A DNA stretch of 64,000 nt. Origin: Candidatus Eiseniibacteriota bacterium (lineage in GTDB: Bacteria > Eisenbacteria > RBG-16-71-46 > CAZAMP01). Numbering within the stretch: position 1 is the first letter of the stretch; each line of letters begins with the position of its first letter. Made by a program: the position numbers and the translations under genes. The notes beneath the pieces were generated by a model. That model saw only the letters and a program-made list of their open reading frames with translations, made no database searches and was not told where the DNA came from. Positions 19,937 through 31,200 of this stretch are shown here, piece after piece. The DNA is taken from assembly GCA_965224245.1 (NCBI GenBank), contig OZ245046.1, forward strand, positions 4,896,001-4,960,000, written 5' to 3'.

Positions 19937-20468
19937 CATGCTGCACGATGCCGACACCCCTCGTCGAGAGCTGGGCATCGACGTCGGTCGACAGATCACG
20001 GAACGGATCGGGGAGCGCCTCGGCGCCGACGAAGGAGCCCGTGACGACGTCCCGGGGCGGGTGTCGAAGCAGCTCGGTGACGCGCTCGCGCTCCTCGCCT
20101 CGCCTCCGGTTCGACAGCGTCTCGACGAGCTGGAAACGCTGCTGGCCGTCGTGCTCACGACACCGTGGCACGTCGCCGCGATCGAGATCGCCAAGCCTCT
20201 GCCGCACGTGATCACCCGCTTCACGCGATCGGCGCACCGCGGAGCGCGCATCTCGGTGGGGAGAGGACGGCGCGCGAGCCGAATCGGAGAATGTCGGGTC
20301 GCCGAAACGCCGATCACCGTGCACCTGCCACAGGTGAGTGAGGTCGGGCCGGATCAGCCGCGGGACTGGGTGCTCCGGGCGCCAGTCGGCACGGTCGTGC
20401 GGCCAGCCGAGGAGGCGCCGTTGGATGTCCGGGTCGGCGTCAGTTGCATCGAGGAGGATGCATCATGA
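19926..20468 (+). CDS. TssG-like baseplate protein (short)
   Basis: Overlaps the tssF stop and is coupled to the PAAR gene; position after tssF; weak resemblance to the TssG C-terminal part; start uncertain. Confidence 0.45.
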   Translation: MTRSMLHDADTPRRELGIDVGRQITERIGERLGADEGARDDVPGRVSKQLGDALALLASPPVRQRLDELETLLAVVLTTPWHVAAIEIAKPLPHVITRFTRSAHRGARISVGRGRRASRIGECRVAETPITVHLPQVSEVGPDQPRDWVLRAPVGTVVRPAEEAPLDVRVGVSCIEEDAS

Positions 20469-20791
20469 GAGGTATCGCCCGCCGGGGCGATCGCATCGAA
20501 GGGGGTGTTCACTGCCACGGTGGCCACTCGCACCCTCCGCCGGCGAGCCCGGGCCGGATCGTCGGGGGCGCGCGCAAGGTGTTCGTCAACGGTCGCCCGG
20601 CGGCTCGCGCCGGAGACAGTGGGTACTCGCCGCTCTGCTGCGCCGGCATCGGCCGCATCTCGATCCGAGAGGACCAGATGCTCGTGTGGATCGAGGGAAA
20701 GCCGGCGGCTGGCGTCGGAACACCCACCATGCACTGCGACGTCGCCCCGGGACGCATTGCCACCGGAAGCACCGAGGTCCGCATGCCGTAG
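20465..20791 (+). CDS. PAAR-domain spike tip protein
   Basis: 'IARRGD', 'VFVNGRPAARAGD', 'VWIEGKPAAGVG', 'GRIATGSTEVRM'; His/Cys metal ligands; GGAGG RBS. Confidence 0.9.
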   Translation: MRGIARRGDRIEGGVHCHGGHSHPPPASPGRIVGGARKVFVNGRPAARAGDSGYSPLCCAGIGRISIREDQMLVWIEGKPAAGVGTPTMHCDVAPGRIATGSTEVRMP

Positions 20792-20871
20792 CGCGGCGTC
20801 CGGCTACACGGTGTCCGAAAAGGGCACCTCCCGCGCGTTCACTTGATGGACGCCATCAAGGGAGGTGAGAG

Positions 20872-21639
20872 ATGACGACGCGAACGGGCGCGACCCGCTG
20901 GCCGGGCCGCCTCGGTGCACTGCTCGTACTGGTATGTGGGATACAGGCTTGCGAGAAGCCGACGGAGTCCGAGCCGGACGATCGACGTGAGTTCTCGATC
21001 CGCGCGACGCTGGGCGCCGACACGCCCGTGCGGGGCGCAACGGTGCGAATCCCGCTCGGGACTCGCTCGCTCAGTGAGCGAACCGGTGACGACGGACGCT
21101 GCACGTTCTATTTCGAAAGGGATGAGGATCTTCCACCGCGCCTCGTCGCCACGATCGAGCACGCGTCGATCATGCCCGATGCGGTCGCGTTCGACACGTC
21201 CGGCGACGGGGACGCCCTCCGTCGCACGTGCGTTCGACGACCGTCGACGACGTACGTCGAGGACGTGACGCTTCACCACCTCGGGAACGATCGGTACGGT
21301 GGCGACCCCAACTCGCAGCTCCAGATTCCGTCTCAGGGGATCTCGCAGACGTACCGCTTCCACCTCGACACGTATCCGTCACGGATGCCGACGATCCGGC
21401 TCTATGCGCGAGGCATCCAGCATCCGACACGGATTCAGCTCAACGGACAGACGGTGTCGCGGCTCGGGGACAGCGACCCGTCGGGCGGGCTGAGCAGGTA
21501 CAACTTCCGGCTCGGGGGCGCTCCGCGTTCGGTGCTCCGTCCCGGCATGAACACGCTGACCGTTCACACCGCCCCGTACAACGAGAGCGATCCGTGGGAC
21601 GACATCGAGTTCTGCGCGCTGATGCTGTACTTCGAGTAG
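20872..21639 (+). CDS. lipoprotein of unknown function
   Basis: GGAGGT RBS; lipobox 'IQAC'; carboxypeptidase-regulatory-like N-domain and beta-sandwich C-domain. Confidence 0.7.
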   Translation: MTTRTGATRWPGRLGALLVLVCGIQACEKPTESEPDDRREFSIRATLGADTPVRGATVRIPLGTRSLSERTGDDGRCTFYFERDEDLPPRLVATIEHASIMPDAVAFDTSGDGDALRRTCVRRPSTTYVEDVTLHHLGNDRYGGDPNSQLQIPSQGISQTYRFHLDTYPSRMPTIRLYARGIQHPTRIQLNGQTVSRLGDSDPSGGLSRYNFRLGGAPRSVLRPGMNTLTVHTAPYNESDPWDDIEFCALMLYFE

Positions 21640-21677
21640 CGGCGCCCCATCGCGGGGTGGGCGAGCAAATGGGATCG

Positions 21678-21710
21678 AGGCGACTCGGCACGGAGGGCGC
21701 CGAGTCGCCT
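21678..21710. terminator. GC-rich hairpin between convergent genes
   Basis: AGGCGACTCGGC-N9-GCCGAGTCGCCT, a perfect 12-bp stem between the T6SS operon end and sodA; no U-tract. Confidence 0.55.
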
Positions 21711-21721
21711 AGCAATGGACG

Positions 21722-22333
21722 CTAGCCGCGCGCGGCGGCGTACAGCGATCCAACCTTGTCCCAGTTCACGACGTTCCAGAACGCCGAGATGTAGTCCGGC
21801 CGGCGATTCTGGTAGTGGAGGTAGTACGCGTGCTCCCACACGTCGAGTCCGAGGATCGGCGTGTAGCCCTGCATGTACGGCGAGTCCTGGTTGGCGGTCG
21901 AGAACACCTCGAGCTTGCCGTTCTTCACCGCGAGCCAGGCCCAGCCGCTGCCGAATCGGGTGGCGCCGGTCTTCGAGAACGCGTCCTTGAAGGCGTCGAA
22001 GCCACCGAGCTCGGAGCCGATCGCCTTGCCGAGATCGCCCGACGGCGCGCCGCCGCCGCTCGGTCCCATGATCTGCCAGAAGAGTGAGTGGTTGGCGTGG
22101 CCACCGCCGTTGTTGATGACGGCCTGTCGAGCCGAATCCGGGATGTCGCCGATGCCACGCAGCACGTCCTCGATCGACTTCGACGGGAAGGCGGAGTGGC
22201 CCTCGAGCGCCTTGTTGAGGTTCGTGACGTAGGCGTTGTGGTGCTTGCCGTGATGGATCTCCATCGTGCGGGCGTCGATGTGCGGCTCCAGCGCGTCGTG
22301 CGCGTACGGGAGGTCGGGCAACGTGAAGGCCAT
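21722..22333 (-). CDS. sodA: superoxide dismutase [Mn]
   Basis: '[15 protein letters not shown]', '[10 protein letters not shown]', 'NNGGGHANH', 'FGSGWAWL', 'NQDSP', 'DVWEHAYY'. Confidence 0.97.
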   Translation of the reverse strand: MAFTLPDLPYAHDALEPHIDARTMEIHHGKHHNAYVTNLNKALEGHSAFPSKSIEDVLRGIGDIPDSARQAVINNGGGHANHSLFWQIMGPSGGGAPSGDLGKAIGSELGGFDAFKDAFSKTGATRFGSGWAWLAVKNGKLEVFSTANQDSPYMQGYTPILGLDVWEHAYYLHYQNRRPDYISAFWNVVNWDKVGSLYAAARG

Positions 22334-22783
22334 GTCGAGGCTCCTCTCGGTGTGAAAGACGTCGGTTTCGGATGGTCAAGGACCCCTCGCGCTCGGGCGG
22401 CGAGGGGCGGCGGGTCGCGTGGCGCGGTCCCGCGGCGCGGGCGATGGTGCGTGCTCACCGTCAGCGGCGGACGGGCCGTCCAATCGACGAGTGGAACAGG
22501 GTACCACCGCGGGCACGCCGGCGAAAGGGACGCCCGCTCGCCGGCGCTGTCGCGTCGAGCGACAACACGTGTGCTCGCAGAGCGTTAGCGTGACCCGAAC
22601 GACGACCCCGCAAGGACGCGCGGCGACCCGGCGGGGACTCGTGGAACGCCCCCGGGTGGAAACGCGCGGACACGCCCCCGGGTTCCGTCCCGCCGTGGGT
22701 GGACGGCGGCCCGTCCCCACGTCTCACGCCGACACCCGGGTGTCGGCTTTCCCCGCGCCGCCCTCGCGTGCGAAGCTTCCGCC

Positions 22784-23608
22784 ATGAAACGACCCGGACA
22801 GCGCCTCGACGCGTTCCTCGCGCACGCCGGCGTCGGATCTCGTTCGGAGGTCCGCCGCCTCATTCGCTCGCGCCGGATCGTCACGGTCGACGGCGAGACG
22901 TGCATCGATCCCGGGCGTCACGTGTCGACCGAGACGATCGCGGTCGACGGCACGATCGTCGCCGCCGCGCCCACCGACGTCGTGCTCCTGATGCACAAGC
23001 CCCTGGGACACGCGTGCAGCCACGACGTCGCCGAGTCGCCCACCGTGTTCGAGCTTCTGGACGACGTCTACACGGGTACGTCGCTCCAGTGCGTGGGCCG
23101 CCTCGACCGCGAGTCGTCCGGCCTCCTCGTGCTCACCGACGACGGTCAGCTCAATCACGCGCTGACGCATCCGAAGCGCAAGGTGCCGAGGCGGTATCGT
23201 CTCGTCTACGAGGGCGAGCTCGTGCCGGACGCCGTCCAGCGGGTGGCGGAAGGGATCGTGCTCCGGGACGACGAGCGGCCGACGAGGCCGGCGGTGCTGA
23301 CGCTCGGGGAGGCCGTCGCCGGGGCCGACGCGTCGCCACCCGGGCACGCCGCGACGATCGTGCTCAGCGAGGGCCGGTACCATCAGATCCGGCGGATGAT
23401 CGCCGCGCTCGGTGGACGCGTCGTGTCGCTGCACCGGGATCGGATCGGTCGGCTGGAGCTGCCGGCCGATCTCGCGCCGGGCGAGTCGCGCCCGGCGACC
23501 GCGGAGGAGCTGGAGCGTCTCGTCACGTCCGACCAGGTCCGGGGCACCGTCACGTCGACGCGCGACGACCCATCGCCATCATGCGAGTGCAAGCCGTCGC
23601 GCGAGTGA
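22784..23608 (+). CDS. rsuA: RsuA-family rRNA pseudouridine synthase
   Basis: S4-like N-terminus 'RLDAFLAHAGVGSRSEVRRLI'; 'HKPLG', 'VGRLDRESSGLLVLTDDG', 'EGRYHQIRRM'. Confidence 0.9.
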   Translation: MKRPGQRLDAFLAHAGVGSRSEVRRLIRSRRIVTVDGETCIDPGRHVSTETIAVDGTIVAAAPTDVVLLMHKPLGHACSHDVAESPTVFELLDDVYTGTSLQCVGRLDRESSGLLVLTDDGQLNHALTHPKRKVPRRYRLVYEGELVPDAVQRVAEGIVLRDDERPTRPAVLTLGEAVAGADASPPGHAATIVLSEGRYHQIRRMIAALGGRVVSLHRDRIGRLELPADLAPGESRPATAEELERLVTSDQVRGTVTSTRDDPSPSCECKPSRE

Positions 23609-23619
23609 CCTCCGGAACG

Positions 23620-25647
23620 TCACTCGGCCAGGACGACGCGCACCGCCCGCACGCCAGGGCTCCCTCGCACGAAGTACACGCCAGGAGCCACCCGGTCCCC
23701 GCGGTCGTTGCGCGCATCCCAGTCGAACCGTCCGCCCAGCCCCGGCACGGTCGATCGCACGACGCGGCCGGTCGCGTCCAGAACCTGAACCGATCGAGGC
23801 GGTCCGGTGACGCCGTCCAGGACCACGCTCACCCGCTGCGTGAACGGATTGGGGACCGCACGACGCGTCACCGACCGTTCATCGACCACGGGCCCCTCCA
23901 CGTCGAGCGACGACAGGAGGTCGTCGATCACCCCGGTCATCAACAGGGGGTCGTAATCACAGGATCGGTACGCGACCCTCCCGTCGGGGTCGATGATGAA
24001 GTCACGCGGGAACGGAGATGCGCAGTTGTGAATCAGGTAGTCGACGTACGTCGCCGAGGTCCCCGCCGGATCGGCCAGGATCGGGAACGTCACGCCGAAC
24101 TGATCGGCGAAGTCGGCCGCGATCGCGGCCGACTCCCCCCGGTCGATGCCGAGCACCACCACGCCGTCGGCCTGGTACGTCTGCCAGATCGTCACCTCGA
24201 GGTCCGAAAACTCCGGACCGCACACCGGTCACCAGGATGCGAAGAAGGCGAGAAGGACCACCCGGCCTTCGTAGTCGGACAGCGTGTACGTGAGTCCGTC
24301 GATGCCCGGCAACGAGAAGTCGGGAGCGTCGTCCCCGACCTGGAGCGTCGTCGGGTTCCCCTCGAGATAGACCTGCGTCATCGGCTCGTCGGGGTCGTTG
24401 CTGGCCAGGCGCAGCGACGCCACGTAGTCCTCGCCGCCCGGGGAGGTGAACGTGACCACCACGTCGCGGGATTCGTCTTCGCCGAGCATGAAGGGGCCCG
24501 TGTCCACGCTGAACGCCCCGGCGCCGGACCCCCCGAGGTTCACACCCGTGACGTCGAGCACGCCCACGCCCGTGTTCGTCACCGTGACGATCGCGTCGGC
24601 GCTCTCGCCGGCGGGTACGTCGTCGGCGACGAACTCGTCGGGAGTGGCGCGAATGTCCGGCGACACCTCGGCGCCGTACTCGTACACACGGAACGTGGAC
24701 CAGTCGGCGACGTAGATTCGCGTGCCCTCGGCCACGAGACCCATGGCACGATAGGGCGTGTCCTCCCAGCCGACTCGCGTCGGAACGGACGGGATCGAGA
24801 CGTCGACGACCGAGAGCTCCTCCCACTCGGCCACGTACAGAAGGGATCCCGAGAGATGGAGGTTGAACGCCGTCAGCGACGTGTCGTAGGTGCCGACCAG
24901 GACCGGCAGATCCGGATTCGAGAGGTCGTACACGTCGGCGCCGTCGGTCCCGACCGCCGTGGCCAGCAGTCCGCCGTCGGACGTGATGTCCTGCGCGACG
25001 CCGGATCCCGCGACGGATGCGAGGTGAACGGGGCTCCCGGGCGCGGACACGTCGAGGACCGACACGCCGCCCGCGCCGTCGGCCACGTAGAGCCGATCGT
25101 CCACCAGCACCATGCGGTAGGCGTTCTGGACGCCGTCCGTCACGACGCTCACCGGCGCCGGGTTCGCCGGATCGGTCAGGTCGAGCACCTGGATCCCGGC
25201 GTCGTGTCGCGCCGCGTACAGCGTCGTACCGTTTCGCAACACGCCCTCGATCTGGATGCCCGGAAGATCGATCGTGTCCACGACGTGGGGATTCGTGGGA
25301 TCCGAGAGATCGTACGTGCGGAGACCGTTCTCACGGGCTCCGCAGTAGCCGTGCGCGGCGCCCAGCGCCATTCCGTAGTATGCGACGGTCTGATCCGATC
25401 CGACGAGGCTCGGCGCGCCGGGATCGCCGACGTCGTAGACGCTGAGTCCCCCGGTTCCGATCACGTAGACCGTGTCGCCGACCTTCTCCGCGTCGAGGTA
25501 GTGCACGAAGAACGTCGGCCTGAACGCGCCGAGGAGCTCGACGCCGTCGCTGGCCTCGGCCCCGGTGCCGAGCAACGCCAGTGCACCGCCGACGAGGACG
25601 CGCGGCACGATCCGGCCCGCGCCCGGGCTGTTCGAACGGGATGACAT
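23620..25647 (-). CDS. exported LVIVD-repeat / Ig-like / TlpA-AhpC thioredoxin-fold protein with FlgD-like tail; putative selenoprotein (UxxC)
   Basis: ORFs 24229..25932 and 23620..24225 are in the same frame and joined by TGA at 24229-24231, reading '[18 protein letters not shown]'; hairpin just downstream; ATG at 25647 with GGGAGG RBS and a signal peptide. Confidence 0.85.
24201..24219 (-). promoter_or_regulatory. putative bacterial SECIS element
   Basis: mRNA UGA-CCGGUGUGC-GGUCCG-GAGUUUU-CGGACC: 6-bp perfect stem starting 10 nt after the UGA, with a G at the start of the loop. Confidence 0.65.
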
Positions 25648-25861
25648 GGCTCCCTCCCGGTTCCGGCCGGATCTCGGACTGCGCGACGCGGCGAGGCCGT
25701 GATCGCGCTGGACGGGGCGAGGCGCTCGGGAATCGAGAAGATCGTACCACGCGGAGGGGGCCAGATCGTCCGGGCCCATGCACAACGGCCTCGGCCGAGG
25801 CGACCGAGAAGCGCTCTCGTTCCGAGGCCGCCGATGGAGACGATTCACCGCCGAACGGCGA

Positions 25862-28138
25862 TCACGGGAGCCGCACGACCCGTCGCACGTCCGTGCGTGC
25901 GCCCGTGTCGAGGCGGACGACGTACACCCCACTCGCGATCACGCGGCCCCTGTCGTCGAGACCGTCCCACGCGAGGTCGTGTCGCCCGGCATCGAGTCCT
26001 CCGGCGAGCAGCGTCCGGACCGACCGCCCGCGCACGTCGAAGACGCCCACCCTTACGTCGGTCGGCCACTCGAGCGTGAACGCGAGCGTCGTGGAGCTGC
26101 GGAACGGGTTCGGTCGGCTCACGAGACGCGTCACGACGTCGCTCACCGGCGGGGTGTCGAGCGCGCCGCCGAGCGCGTGAGCCGGCAGCACGACGATGTC
26201 CCCCGGATAGCTGCCGTTCGTCAGCATCACGGTCTCCTCGTCGGCCGCGATCTGCGACAGCACGAGCCCGGGCTCGGTGTACTCGCCCACGAGCACCGGG
26301 GCGATCGGGTCGCTCCAGTCGATCACGTAGAGCGTGCCCGATGCGGTGCCGGCGTAGACGATCTCCCCGGCGCCGGTGGGCGCGCCTCCGTCGGAGGACA
26401 CGACGGCCAGCGTGCGTGCGCCCACGTCGATGGAGGCGACCTCGGAGCCGACCGCGAAGTCGTATCGCACGACGCGTGCGCCCGGCTCCACCGAGCTGCC
26501 TAGGTACACCTGTTCGGGAACCGAGGAGGGCGCGACCGACTCGACTCCCGTCAGCGGCGTCACGTGGTCGATCACCGGCGCGTCCGGATCGCCGACGTCC
26601 CAGCGCGCGGTCTGGCTGGTCGTCGCGACGACGGCGAACGTGCCGTCCACGTGAAACTCGTTCACCGCGTTGGGGGTCGCACCGAAGCCGCGGTCGAAGG
26701 GGGCCTCGGGCGTCGAGACGTCGACCACGTAGAACCCGAGCGGCGACGAGCTCGAGCGCACGACGCGGCTGCCGTCCGGCGTCGCGTCCACGCTGGAGCT
26801 GAAGCCGGGAAGCGATCCGACGATCGCCGGGTTCGCGGGGTCGGTGAAGTCGACGATGTCGAAGCCCGCGAGCCCGCCGGCCACCGCGAGCGATCGCTCG
26901 GTTGGCCCCCCCGCCGCGACGCGCAAGAGCTCGTGCTTGTAGTGGCGGAGCCGCTGGACGGCGGCCGCGCCCGTCTCACCCAGAAGGACCGGGAGGCACG
27001 GATTGATCACGTCGTACACGCGGATCCGCCCTCCGGACATCCCGCCTGAGTCGGACATGAGCATGTGGTTGCCCATCGGGCGGGTGAGCGCCGCCGGCAC
27101 CACGAACTCGTCGGCGAGGCGAGCGAGGGGGCTCGGCGTCATACCGTTGCCGTGTCGATACAGCACGAGCTCCGGGCTCGTTCCACCGCGCCGGGTGAGG
27201 AAGCGATCGCCGTGCGAGGAGACGCGACGGACACCGTGGTGGCCGCGCAGGGTTCCAATCCGTTCGAGAGCCTCCGACAGCACGTGAACGAGATCCTCTC
27301 CGGCGGCGATCGTGGACGTCCCCGGGGCCCGCGCCACGGCCACGATGTTCGTCAGGTCGATGTTCTCGCCGAGCGGGATCGGAGGCGACGTTCCGTACCG
27401 CTTGACGCCGGCGCCGGTCGCGAGAACGATCTCGTGGTTACCGTTCAGGGCGACGTCGCGCACCGTGCCGGGGACGGTTGTGACGAGGCTCGTCGGGGGC
27501 TCCATCGTGAGATCCGAGACGACGAGCACGGCGGACCCGACGAAGGCGGCAGTGCCGGCGTGGGCATCGTGCGCGAGGGTCGCCTCCTCCGCAAACGGGA
27601 TGGCGGCCGACGTGAGGCTCGGGCCGCACGGCGAGGTGAGACGCACGACGACGGCGCCCAGGCCGTACTGCACGACGAGGTCGTTCCCGGACAGAGAGAT
27701 CGACCCGACGTCGCCCACGGGGCCGAGGTCGATCGTCTCGACGAGGGTCGGGTTCTCGGGATCGGAGAGGTCGTAGCGCCTCACGACGTCCATACCGGCG
27801 ACCCAGAGGCACGTGCCGTCGGGCGAGGCCACGACGTCGAACGCCTCGTCGCCGAAGCTCCCGATCTGCTCGCCGTCGTCGGCATGGATGTCGACCCCGA
27901 AGTCCCCGACCGCCACGTAGGTGTAGGAGTCCACCGAGACGGCGCCGTACTCGTCCTCCTCTCCGAGCCGTTCCCCGGCCGGGCGCCGCCCGTCCAGGTC
28001 GATCCGGCGGATTCGCCGCGCGTACTCCTCGTAGTCGATGGCGTCGCCCGTGGCGCCGGCCGGCGCGGGCAACGAGATCGTGGCCGCCGCGGCCACGATG
28101 AGGGTCAGGGAAAGAACGAGATGGGACTCGAGACGCAT
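25862..28138 (-). CDS. exported LVIVD-repeat beta-propeller protein with FlgD-Ig/T9SS-like C-terminal domain
   Basis: Signal peptide; repeated 'YDLSDPENP', 'VDFTDPANP', 'IDWSDPIAP'; tail '[12 protein letters not shown]...[11 protein letters not shown]...WDGLDDRG...SGVYVVRL'. Confidence 0.85.
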   Translation of the reverse strand: MRLESHLVLSLTLIVAAAATISLPAPAGATGDAIDYEEYARRIRRIDLDGRRPAGERLGEEDEYGAVSVDSYTYVAVGDFGVDIHADDGEQIGSFGDEAFDVVASPDGTCLWVAGMDVVRRYDLSDPENPTLVETIDLGPVGDVGSISLSGNDLVVQYGLGAVVVRLTSPCGPSLTSAAIPFAEEATLAHDAHAGTAAFVGSAVLVVSDLTMEPPTSLVTTVPGTVRDVALNGNHEIVLATGAGVKRYGTSPPIPLGENIDLTNIVAVARAPGTSTIAAGEDLVHVLSEALERIGTLRGHHGVRRVSSHGDRFLTRRGGTSPELVLYRHGNGMTPSPLARLADEFVVPAALTRPMGNHMLMSDSGGMSGGRIRVYDVINPCLPVLLGETGAAAVQRLRHYKHELLRVAAGGPTERSLAVAGGLAGFDIVDFTDPANPAIVGSLPGFSSSVDATPDGSRVVRSSSSPLGFYVVDVSTPEAPFDRGFGATPNAVNEFHVDGTFAVVATTSQTARWDVGDPDAPVIDHVTPLTGVESVAPSSVPEQVYLGSSVEPGARVVRYDFAVGSEVASIDVGARTLAVVSSDGGAPTGAGEIVYAGTASGTLYVIDWSDPIAPVLVGEYTEPGLVLSQIAADEETVMLTNGSYPGDIVVLPAHALGGALDTPPVSDVVTRLVSRPNPFRSSTTLAFTLEWPTDVRVGVFDVRGRSVRTLLAGGLDAGRHDLAWDGLDDRGRVIASGVYVVRLDTGARTDVRRVVRLP

Positions 28139-28240
28139 GGACTTCCTCCGATCGGTTGCCGGCTCGCGGGCGGGGCTTCTTCTCGGAGGTATTGGTGCGG
28201 GGAGGCTGGATTTCTTCCGGGGACCGGCGGTTTTTCGTCC

Positions 28241-31200
28241 CTACGGCAACGCCACCAGCCGCCAGAGCTGGCGCGGGACCGCTCCCGTCACCGCGAGGAT
28301 GGGCGGATACCGATCTCCGTCGTCCACGTAGTCGAGGGACCGCCCGACCCCGCCCCCGCTCGTGCGGAGCCGGTACAGGTAGTCGCCGCCCAGCTCCACC
28401 GCGGTCAGCGTCCAGTACTGGTCCGCATCGTCGGCCACATCGACGATCGTGGCGGGCGCGCCGCCGTCTCCCCCGTCGATGACGCGGTCGACCCCGAGCA
28501 CCACCGGTGAGAGGCGCAGGAAGCCGGTCGTGCCGACCGGACCGAGCCGCCACCGGGACGCGTCCGAGTCGTCGGTTCCCATGAACAGAAGCGGCGGCTC
28601 GATCGCGCTCACGGTCAGGCGCTCTCCGGACACCAGCGTGGCGTTCGTGATCCGGTACACGTCGCCGGCGTCGAGATCCTCGCGCGGGCCATACTCGATC
28701 ACGTAGCCGTTCATGTCGTCGGTGTCGAGCTGGGTGTCGTTCCAGCCGCTCGTGCGGAGCTCGAGGAAGTCGGAGTCCCCGACGACGTCATTCGGACGAC
28801 CGAACGCCCAGGCCGTGAACGCGAACGGCTCGCCGGTGACCCACCGCCACCCGCCGTCGGGCTCGGCGGAATCGACGTCGCCGTCCACCTGGTAGCCGCC
28901 GATCCACACCGGCTTCGTCGCGAACGGCACGAGCGCGTCCACGAACGCGTTCTCGTCGGCGTCGGCGATGCATGCGAGATAGCCGCGCAGGCCCAGGTGT
29001 GTCCGGGCGGCCGCGTCGGCCCGTGCGGCGGGCCAGGTGATGTCGAGCTGCTCGACGAGCTCGTAGTAGTGACCGTTGGCCCCGTTCAGGACGACGTTGC
29101 CGAAGAGCACCTCGGTCGTGAAGGTCCAGTTCACGCCGGCGATCAGCGGATTGCCGGCGAGGTCGGTGACGGAGCCCGTCACCATCGCCGTGTACGAGCG
29201 CCCGCCTCCGAGCGGAGCCGCCGGCGTGAAGGTCGCGCTCGCGCCGACGGCGTCGACGGTGCCCGCCACCGCGCCGTCGGGGCCGGTCACGAAGAACGAC
29301 GAGCTGGTCACCGTGGCCGGGTCGATCGGCTCGTCGAACGTGACGCTGACCGTCGCCGACACCGGCACGTCCACGGCGCCGTTCGGGGGATCGAAGTCGA
29401 TGGCGAGGGGGCCGCGATTCGTCTCGAACGTCCATACGGCGCCCGCGGCGATCGGGCTGCCGTCGAGGTCGGTGATGTCGGTCGTCAGCGATGCCTCGTG
29501 GACCGACGCGCTCTCGAGCGGCGCGGACGGCACGAAGGTCGCCGTGGGTCCGCTGACGTTCAGCGAGCCGTCCACGTCCACGCCGTCCCGGCGCACGCGG
29601 AACGACGTGGGCGTCACGCTGCCCGGATTCACGTCCTCGGAGAACGTGGCCACGACCGAGGCGCTCTCGTCCACGTCGGTGGCGCCGTCGGCCGGGGACG
29701 TCTCGATGACGCGCGGCGGATCGGGGTCGAGCGTCGTGAAGCCGGCGTCGAACGCCACCAGCGGATTCCCCGCGAGATCCTGGATGCCGGTCGTGAGCTC
29801 GACGGTGTACGCGGTGAAGCCGTCGAGGTCACCGGTCGGCGTGAACGTGGTCGTGCTCCCGACCGTGGAGCGCGTGCCGTCGACCGGCGGCGGGCCGCCG
29901 GTCGCGCGCACCCGGAACGTGCCGGCGGTCACGCTCCCCACGTCCTCGGAGTACGTGACCGTGATCACCGCGTCGAGGGGAACGTCCACGGCGCCGTCGG
30001 CGGGGTCGATGGTGAGGACGGTTGGGCTCTCGGTGTCGACGGGCACCGTGGTGAAGCTCCAGATCACGTCGGTCTGCAGGGGGTTGCCCGCGAGGTCGGT
30101 GATGGCGGTGGTCAGGGTCGCCGTGTACGGGATGTCGCCGTCGAGCGGCGCCAGCGGCGTGAACGTGACGGCATCTCCGAACGTGGACACGGCCACGTCT
30201 CCGGCCACCGAGCCGCGCGGACCGGTCAGCATGACGCTTCGCCCGTCGACGGTGGCGGGGTCGATCTCCTCGGAGAACGTCGCCGACACGACGACGTCGA
30301 GGGGCACGTCCACCGCGCCGTCGACCGGAAACCGCTCCAGCACACCGGGGGCCTCGACGTCGGCGACCGTGAACGTGGACGTGAAGACCGCGGCGAGCGG
30401 GTTGCCGGCGAGGTCCTCGATGCCCGTCTCCAGACGAACGGTGTACGTGGTCGCGCTCGCCAGCGCCGCCGTCGGATCGAACGTGGCCATGTTCCCGGAC
30501 GCGGACACGCTGCCGGCCACGGTCCCCGTGGGTCCTTCGAGCGAGAACGTCGACGGGGTCACCGATGCTGGATCCACGTCCTCGGAGAACGTCGCCGTGA
30601 TCGAGACGCCCGGGGCCTGATCCACCGCGCCGTCGGCCGGTGAGATGCCGGTGACGCTCGGCGGCGTCACGTCGGCGATCGTGAACGACCAGACGACCTC
30701 CTCGGCAAGCGGGTTGCCGACGACGTCGGTCACGGCGCGGGTGATGCGGGCGGTGTACGCCGTCTCGCCGGCGAGGTCGGCCGAGGGTGTGAACGTGGCC
30801 GTGTTTCCGGCGGCCGCCGCGGCGCCCCCGACGGCGCCGCCGGGACCGGTGAGCGTGAACGACGCCGGCGTCACCGTGGACGCGTCGATCTCCTCGGAGA
30901 ACGACGCCCGCACGACGACGTCGGGGGCCACGTCCACGGCCTCGTCGGCCGGCTCGGTGCTGGTGACGACCGGCGGCTCGGTATCGACGAACGCGGTGGT
31001 GAAGGACCACTCGACGCCGGCCTCGAGCGGGTTGCCGGCGAGATCGCGGATGCCGGTGGTGATGCGCGCCGTGTACGCAGTCGAGCCGGTCAGCGGCGCC
31101 GACGGCGTGAGCTGCGCACTGGAGCCGCTCGCCTCGACGACGCCGGCGACGTCGCCGCCCGGGCCCGAGAGCGTGAACGTCTCGGCCGTCGCGCTGGCCG

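Noticed and set aside
14563-20791. Prophage tail or classic Afp/PVC eCIS
   Set aside because: Sheath is split into TssB/TssC-like genes, membrane genes are adjacent, and no capsid, terminase, tape-measure, LysM or Afp15-like ATPase gene is visible
24229-24231. TGA as a nonsense mutation (pseudogene)
   Set aside because: It falls exactly on the redox Cys position and is followed by a SECIS-like hairpin, so Sec recoding is more parsimonious, though unproven
22699-25644. 981-aa plus-strand ORF
   Set aside because: Arg-rich shadow frame overlapping rsuA and antisense to the selenoprotein; typical of high-GC DNA
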